Of a stretch of DNA of 64,000 nucleotides, positions 1-64,000 are shown in pieces. Both the position numbers and the translations under genes were made by a program. Each line of letters starts with the position of its first letter. Position 1 is the stretch's first letter. This DNA comes from the human T2T-CHM13v2.0 reference genome, Homo sapiens. The notes beneath the pieces were generated by a model, which saw only the letters and a program-made list of their open reading frames with translations, had not been told where the DNA came from and made no database searches. Where the stretch lies: NCBI RefSeq assembly GCF_009914755.1, contig NC_060943.1, one strand, 5' to 3'.

Positions 1-3039
<3,039 letters not shown>

Positions 3040-3525
3040 ATCTGGGCCCGGGGATCGCTCTGCAGGGACCGGGATGGGGATGGGGTCGCGCGCCGGCGGG
3101 GCCGAGCCCCGATTTCCTGCCGCCGCAGCCGCCGCCGCCGCCTCGGTTCCGCGTCGCCCTGCCCAGCGGAGGCCACGCCCCCGCATCAGACCACGCCCCC
3201 GTAGCCCGGAAGCCTTGATAGTGCCCTTCTCTACCTGAGCCGCTTGAAACTGGGTCGGGCCAGGGCCCCCTGAGCGACCACTCGAGGCTGCAGTGCCCCT
3301 GACCTGGGCATCCTAAGACTTCATCTGGGCCATAGGTTCCCTCTCAGATCTTTGTGCTACCCCAAATCCCACGGAGCCCCAGCCCCCTCCTCCCTGAATG
3401 GTTGCAGAGTCCACCTGTCCCGGGGGGCCTCTCCCAGGAGCTCCCACAACCCGCGACCCTGGTGATCCCCTTGCCCAGGTTGTCTCTCGGAGCCCTGAAA
3501 CCACCTGGGCCTCGCTGGAGCCATG

Positions 3526-3539
3526 GCGCCCCCTGGTGG
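3526..3539 (-). promoter_or_regulatory. CTCF core motif
   Basis: Minus strand reads CCACCAGGGGGCGC, an exact match to the CTCF core consensus, between the GMIP promoter and the ATP13A1 3' end. Confidence 0.7.
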
Positions 3540-4043
3540 AGGCCTGATATTCTGTCCGATTCCAACCAAAATTCTAATACTCGGGCTGGAGAACCCCTGG
3601 CCTGGGGGACGCCCCTTCCGTGACCCTCAAAGCTGGATCAGGCTCAAGGCCCCAATTACAGCACACCAGGGAGCAGCCCTTTTAGGTAGGGAGTGGAGGT
3701 TTGTCCAAAAGCACCAGCTCTGGGGTTGCCACAAGCCGCCTGTTATAAAAATGCTCCCACCCCCAGCACAGTGGAATTTTGGGGCTGGAAATAGACTTTA
3801 AAGTATGTTTATAACTTTGTGTCCAAAGGCTTTGGCTGTTAAGGAGGCAAGGATTCTCTGACTGGCTCCGTGCTGCCTACTCTGCAGTTCTTGAGTTGTG
3901 ATGAGTGAGTCCATTGAAAGGAATAACACTATCAACCTAAGAGCCAAGCCAGGTTTCCAGGTCACATCCTGGCTGATGCTCAGCCAGAGCTCCCTGACTG
4001 TGACATGAGATGGTAGAGCAGCGCAGGCCCCCAAAGAGCATGA

Positions 4044-4344
<301 letters not shown>

Positions 4345-4729
4345 GACAGAGTCAATACTTGTAATGATGCAGATCATATTCCTCAAGTCTCAGACACCAC
4401 CCGAGAGAAAGGCATGCTGTTATGTATTATGGGAAAGAAAAAAATATCACACATCCTAAGGCTTCTCTCAGCACCTGAGTTGTTAAAATGTGAAAGAGAC
4501 CTCAGAAATATGGGGGTGCTTGTTAAACTAGAAAATATGCACTGAATTCTCTGGGCAGGGACAAGTCCATGTTCAAGTGCTGAAAGTGCCAGAGGGTTTC
4601 ACCAACATCACACGCCTGTGGGGAGGGTGCTGGGACCTTCCTCAGTGACCCTCTGTCCCCGAGCCCCCAGCAAACACCGTGTGGCACAGACGAGGTGGAG
4701 GCAGGGCTTTTTAAAATCTCAGATGCTGC

Positions 4730-4735
4730 TTTATT
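4730..4735 (-). terminator. ATP13A1: ATP13A1 polyadenylation signal AATAAA
   Basis: tttatt on plus strand about 200 nt past the stop codon. Confidence 0.8.
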
Positions 4736-4931
4736 TACCAAAGGTGCTGGCTTGGGGCTGGTTCTGCTGGCCAAGCCAGCGGATGGCTGTGGGGGTCCCA
4801 GCTCAGTCTTCCAAGGGCGAGACTGTACAGCCTTGCTGTGGGGGGTTGGGGGCAGGGTTCCCTCCCGGGGCCCTGTTGGGGTTCCCGCCCAGCGGCAGCC
4901 AGGGTGGGCAGTGGGTACCAGCACTGCCATC

Positions 4932-23176
<18,245 letters not shown>

Positions 23177-23704
23177 CTTTCCTAGCGCCGCGCTCACTTC
23201 CGGGCAGAGGAACGCCTCACTTCCGAAGTTTTACTTCCGGTAAGCCCTGAGCGCCGCCATGGCAGCCTGGACTAGGAAGAGCCAGGGCAACAGAACAGGC
23301 TGGCCCCGGCAGGGACTACTTCGGGTGCCGCCATGACAGGCTGTGGCCGGAAGAAGAGGCTGGGCGTCGCCATGACAGAGAGGGACTGGAAGACCTAACG
23401 GTGCCTGCCTCCGCTGCCACGCCGGACTGAGACCGGAAAAGACAAGGCCGGCAAGGCGGGCTTGGGCGCCACCATGACAACCTGAACCAAAAAAAGCGAG
23501 CCCTCCTCCTTGACTACACCAGCACCACCTGTCACCAGGGGCGAAGCCTGGACCCTGCGGAGGCGGGGTCGGGAGCTTCGGAGTTCAGGAGGCGGGGCCC
23601 GGTGCGGGGGGCGGGGCTTGTGAGGGGCGGGGTCGGGGACCGCCCCGGAACACAACCACACCGGACAAGAGCCTTAATGTGATAGATAAGAATTACAAAT
23701 ACTA

Positions 23705-28091
<4,387 letters not shown>

Positions 28092-28474
28092 GGAGCAAGT
28101 TCTGCTTCCATGCAAGTCCAGGTCCAAGGTCCCAGCGAGGGGCTGTGGGTAGCACCTGTCAGTCACACCCCACACAGCGAGCGGATTATTTGAGGATTCC
28201 GATCACCTCTCCTGTCGCTCAAGCCCCAGGGGCGGGACCTGGGGCACCAGCCAGTCAGAGGCGCTGTGCGGCAAACTGTCCAATCAGGTGCGCCGGGAGG
28301 AGGGGCAACTTCCAAAGCCCGAAGCGGTCTCATTTCCCGCCGGCCCCCCATTCGGGTCCGGGTTTTAGTTCCTCGGGGAGCCCCTGGTGCCCCGGATACG
28401 GCTGATTTTGTCGTGTGGGACCTGTTCTGGCTGCTCCAGCCCCAGGAAGGACCCAGGACACCCGGAAGCCGGAA

Positions 28475-40635
<12,161 letters not shown>

Positions 40636-40649
40636 AAGAAATAATTCTC

Positions 40650-40915
40650 ATTTATACAGGAGAGAAATCCTATGAATGTAAGGAATATGGGAATACATTC
40701 AGTTTCCAAAGATATGAAAAGACTAACTGGAAAAAAATCCAAAGACCTCAGATATTCCAGTTCTATTCAGAGCCATAAAAGGACTCATACTGGAGAAAAA
40801 TTGTAGAAATGTACAGAATATGGGGAAACTCTCATTGCTCTCATCTCCATTCAAAGACACGTGTCAGTGCACACTGGAGATGGATGGTATGAATCGAAGA
40901 ATACACACTGGATGG
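40650..40915 (+). pseudogene. Degenerate C2H2 zinc-finger remnants in the ZNF101 3' UTR
   Basis: ACAGGAGAGAAATCCTATGAATGTAAGGAATATGGG, ACTCATACTGGAGAAAAA and CACACTGGAGA linker relics with stops and indels. Confidence 0.8.
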
Positions 40916-40973
40916 AAACGTTAGTAGTTTGGAAAATACAGGAAACTTCCATTTTAACAATAATTAAAATTCA

Positions 40974-43357
<2,384 letters not shown>

Positions 43358-43364
43358 ATCCTGT

Positions 43365-44200
<836 letters not shown>

Positions 44201-44264
44201 ACTCATGAAATGAAATGTCCATATTGTGGGGGTGGGGGGGCGGGACGGAGTAAAACTGCCGGGC

Positions 44265-45875
<1,611 letters not shown>

Positions 45876-46029
45876 TGGTCGGGCGCAGTGGCTTACACTT
45901 TGGGAAGCCAAGACAGGCAGATCACTTGACCCCAGGAGGTCGAGGCTGCAGTGAGCTGTGATTGTGCCACTGCGCTCGAGCCTGGGCAATGGAGACCCTG
46001 CCTCAAAAAAAAAAAAATTGTATATGCAA

Positions 46030-46360
46030 ACAATGTAATATTCCTTAGCCTTATAAAAGGACATCCTTTTACATGCTACAACATGGATGAACTTTGAGGA
46101 CATTATGCAGAAATAAGCCACTCGCGAAAAGACAAATACTGTGTGATCCTACACAGATGATCCATGGAAAATTGTCAAATTCATAAAATCAGAAAGTGAA
46201 TGTTAGCTGCTAGCAGGTAAGGAGGAGAGGGGGAAGTGAGGAGCTGTTATTCAGTGGGTACAGAGTTTCAGTTTTGCAAGATGAAAACTTTCTGGAGATT
46301 GGTTGCAACCCCAGGTTAGTATAGTTGGTATTACTGATCTGTACGCTTAAAAATCATTAA
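46030..46360 (+). mobile_element. Old L1M 3' end fragment
   Basis: CATGCTACAACATGGATGAACTTTGAGGACATTATGC...CAGAGTTTCAGTTTTGCAAGATGAAAA. Confidence 0.75.
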
Positions 46361-46897
46361 GGACTGGGCATGGTGGCTCACACCTGCAATTCCAGCACTT
46401 TGGGAGGCTGAGGCGGCCAGATCACTTGAGGTCAGGAGTTCGAGACCAGCCTGGCAAGCATGGCGAAACCCTGTCTCTACTAAAAATACAAAAATTAGCC
46501 AGGCGTCGTGACACATACCTGTAATCCCAGCTACTAGGGAGGCTGAGGCACGAGAATCGCTTGAACCCAGGAGATGAAGTTGGAGTGAGCCGAGATCGTG
46601 CCACTGCACTCCAGCCTGGGACACAGCAAGACTATGTCTCCAAAATAAAACAAAATAATAAAAAATATATAAAATGGACATACACACATAGCCCTTCAGA
46701 CAAACAAAATCACGACCTTGTCACTGCACATACAGCTGCAGACACAACCAACTCACAAGCCCTCCAGAGTAATGTCCCAGTGACACCAACGGATTCCCCC
46801 AGGCAGGCAGAGCCCAGGCCCTTGGCACTCCATCCCTACCGGCACTCCATCCCTACTGCTTTCCCTCCCTCCTGGGGACTAAGGCCCACCTGATACA

Positions 46898-57448
<10,551 letters not shown>

Positions 57449-58263
57449 GATGTCTTTCTAGGTATTTGTATCTTTCTTTCTTTTTTTTTTTTTTGAGATG
57501 GAGTTTCCCTCTTGTCGTCCAGGCTGGAGTGCAGTGGTGTGGTCTTGTCTCACTGCAACCTCTTCCTCCTGGGTTGAAGTGATTCTCCTGCCTCAGCCTC
57601 CTGAGTAGCTGGGACTACATGCACGCACCACCACGCCCGGCTGATTTTTGTATTTTTGGTAGAGACGGGGTTTCACCATTATTGGCCAGGCTGGTCTCAA
57701 ACTCCTGACCTCAGGTGATCCACCTGCCTCGGCCTCCCAAAGTGCTGAGATTACAGGTGTGAGCCACTGCGCCCAGCCTCTTTAGTTTCTTTTAGCAATG
57801 CTTTGTAGCTTTCAGTGTAGAAGTCTTTTATTTTCTTGGTTACATTTATTCTCAAGTATTTGTTTTTGTGCCATTGTAAATGGGATTGTTTTCTTAATTT
57901 TCTTTTCTGCCTGGTCACCACTAGTGTGTAGAAACACAATTCATTATTATTTTTCTTGCTGATTTTGTTTTTTTCGCCTTTGCTGAAATCCCATAGAGTC
58001 AGCCCTCCATATTCCTGGGTTCTGCATCTATGGATTCAACCAGCTACGAATTGAAAATATTCAGAAAAAAATTGGATGGCTGTGTCTGTAATGAATATGT
58101 GCTTTTTTCCCCCTTATTATCTCCTAAATGACTTATTATAAAAACTATTTACACAGCAGTTGCATTGTATTAGGTATTATAAATAACCTACAGATGATTT
58201 AAAGTATATAGGAAGATGAGTGTAGGTTATGAGAAAAGAACTTTTATCTGAAGAATGTGAGAC

Positions 58264-58453
58264 TGTGGCAGGCCAGGTCTCACTAACGCAGGCCTCCATA
58301 ACAACTGTTTCAGTACTGACTGAGTGGTTAAGTTAAATATTAAAAGCCAGCGCCCTTACATAAGGGCTGGGATGTAACAAAAGCCCACCAAAAAGTTTCT
58401 CCTAGGCCTGCCTTTCTTGGGCTTTAATGCATGACAACAATAATGAAGGAATT
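58264..58453 (+). mobile_element. 5' part of an ERV1 LTR (LTR15-like)
   Basis: TGTGGCAGGCCAGGTCTCACTAACGCAGGCCTCC...GAAGGAATT, cut by an antisense Alu tail; family name uncertain. Confidence 0.65.
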
Positions 58454-58464
58454 TTTTTTTTTGA

Positions 58465-58554
<90 letters not shown>

Positions 58555-58729
58555 TGAGTAGCTGAGACTACAGGTGCCCGCCACCCCACCCGGCTAATTT
58601 TTTGTATTTTTAGTAGAGATGGGGTTTCACCGTGTTAGCCAGGATAGTCTCGATCTCCTGACCTCGTGATCCGCCCGCCTCGGCCTCCCAAAGTGCTGAG
58701 ATTACAGGGGTTAGCCACCATGCCTGGCC

Positions 58730-58923
58730 AAGAAGTTGTTTTATCTTGTTTACTGCTGAAGGTGTCAGGGTAAGGGGGGCCCAGGTGGGCTGAAGTTTCC
58801 TCTTGCTCACAGCGCAGACAGTTGCCCGGACTAAGGAAGCCGACATCTTTGCTGTCCTGGCGCTCCGGTACCTCCAGCCAGAGCTCGGCCGCCTCAGCCT
58901 CTCTCCATGGACATGGCGGGCGC
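58730..58923 (-). pseudogene. ISCA1-derived pseudogene fragment (5' UTR plus first 39 codons)
   Basis: ORF from 58846 reads [39 protein letters not shown], close to the ISCA1 N-terminus [39 protein letters not shown], then runs into an Alu. Confidence 0.9.
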
Positions 58924-58926
58924 ATC

Positions 58927-60062
<1,136 letters not shown>

Positions 60063-60085
60063 CTAGATTAGTAGCATTTAGGCCA

Positions 60086-60755
60086 ATAATCACTATCAAT
60101 TACACCACCATACATTACAATGCCTGTCATTGAAAGGCTTGAACACGTTGTAATCCATTCATCTGTATTCAAGTTTGCAGTTATGGTGGAAACTTTGGCC
60201 TATTGATCATCCTGCTGATTAAATAGTCTGTCAAGAGAAAGCAGAGATGCATGAGCATCAACATGGAAAACAGTGATAATGGTAGTGTGTGCCAGGATTC
60301 AGATATCTTCCCAGTATTGTTTTCCCCAAACCTCTTTATTCCCAACTAACCATTTGTTTTGTTACCACTGGGGTTTCCAGGTAGTAAGACCATTTGCTAC
60401 TGACCAAGAGTTGGTATACAAGTGACAAATCCTTCTGGCCTCCTCTTGAATAGCTCGGAGGATGGCTACTAGTTCAGCTAACTGGCTGTTCCCACCCCTT
60501 TCTTCATCAGAAATGTTTATGTTTTTAACAGGATTATAAGCCATGGCCTTCTAGTATCTGGTCCCACCAATGTATTTGGTGGATCCATCCATAAACCAAG
60601 CATGTTTCTGATCCTCTGGGCATAGTTCTTTGAAGGATCTGCCCCATTGGGCAGGGGAGGTTTCCTTCCCTATCTGCAGGACTTGCTCGGTGATTTCCTG
60701 AGCTGGGAAGTTTCGTACATCCTCATGTAAAAGTGATACCCTCTTTGGTTTTGGT
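60086..60755 (-). mobile_element. Class III (ERVL/HERV-S-like) internal pol fragment, RNase H region
   Basis: Minus strand gives WFMDGS...NSQLAELVAIL...ICHLYTNSWSVANGLTTW...EVWGKQYWEDI...VFHVDAH with stop codons. Confidence 0.8.
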
Positions 60756-61017
60756 TTAGATGGGGGACTTGTATATCACAAGTAGCTGTAAATTAACCGC
60801 TAATGCTGCACCAGACACTATAACCCATGTCCTATAGCTTAACAATGGATAGCCAATTACTAATCAATGTCATTTCTGTAAGCCAATGAGAATTCCTGAC
60901 GACTTTATACCAGCCACTCCCTGTACCCCATTTTGCCTTTAAAAACCTGCTTGTGGCCAGGTGTGGTGGCTCATGCCTGTAATCCCAGCACTTTGGGAGG
61001 CAGAGGCATGCAGATCA

Positions 61018-61379
<362 letters not shown>

Positions 61380-61849
61380 TTATACTTGTGCCTCAGCCTC
61401 TTTCTTTTAGGTTGGAATTTTTTTTTTTTTTTTGAGACGGAGTCTTGCTCTGTCACCCAGGCTGGAGTGCAGTAGCATGATCTCAGCTAACTGCAACCTC
61501 TGCCTCCTGGGTTCAAGTGATTCTCTTGCCTTAGCCTTCTGAGTAGCTGGGATTACAGGCACATGCCACCACACCTGGCTAATGTTTCTATTTTTAGTAG
61601 AGATGGGGTTTCACCATGTTGGTCATGCTGATCTCAAACTCCTGACCTCATGAACCGCCCGCCTCGGCCTCCCAAAGTGTTGGGATTACAGGTGTGAGCC
61701 ACCACGCCTGGCCTTAGGTTGACATTTCTATAAAAATACTGTGCCATTTTATATAAGGGCCTTGAGTTTCCATAAATTTTGGTACCAAGGGGCACAATGG
61801 AGCCAGTTCCCCAGGGATACTGAAGAACTACATTAATTTTAAGTTTTAA

Positions 61850-64000
<2,151 letters not shown>

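Overview
Human-type genomic DNA, recognisable as the GMIP-ATP13A1-ZNF101 region (chr19p13 from recall). It contains the 5' five exons of GMIP (minus), the complete 26-exon ATP13A1 gene (minus; exons reconstructed by hand sum to 3615 nt = 1204 aa) and the 4-exon KRAB zinc-finger gene ZNF101 (plus), followed by about 21 kb of gene-poor DNA dense in Alu, L1 and LTR elements. Most entries in the ORF track are Alu or antisense artefacts. Main observations: (1) this copy of ZNF101 has an apparent 2-nt deletion frameshift (p.His360Glnfs*7) that breaks one finger and removes two more; (2) the non-shifted ZNF101 C-terminus and stop codon come from an Alu that cut off an older finger array, whose remains lie in the 3' UTR; (3) 56-62 kb is a nested-element mosaic with out-of-order LTR halves, Alus lacking matching TSDs, a 16-bp fold-back hairpin and a 5'-only ISCA1 retrocopy, consistent with a multi-step template-switch rearrangement; (4) a solo LTR18-like element with TATA and polyA sits directly upstream of the ZNF101 promoter; (5) ATP13A1 has a duplicated in-frame splice donor and a stop-free in-frame last intron. 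I found no evidence of a wholly new gene system. Repeat family names are from recall of consensus sequences and need RepeatMasker/Dfam confirmation.
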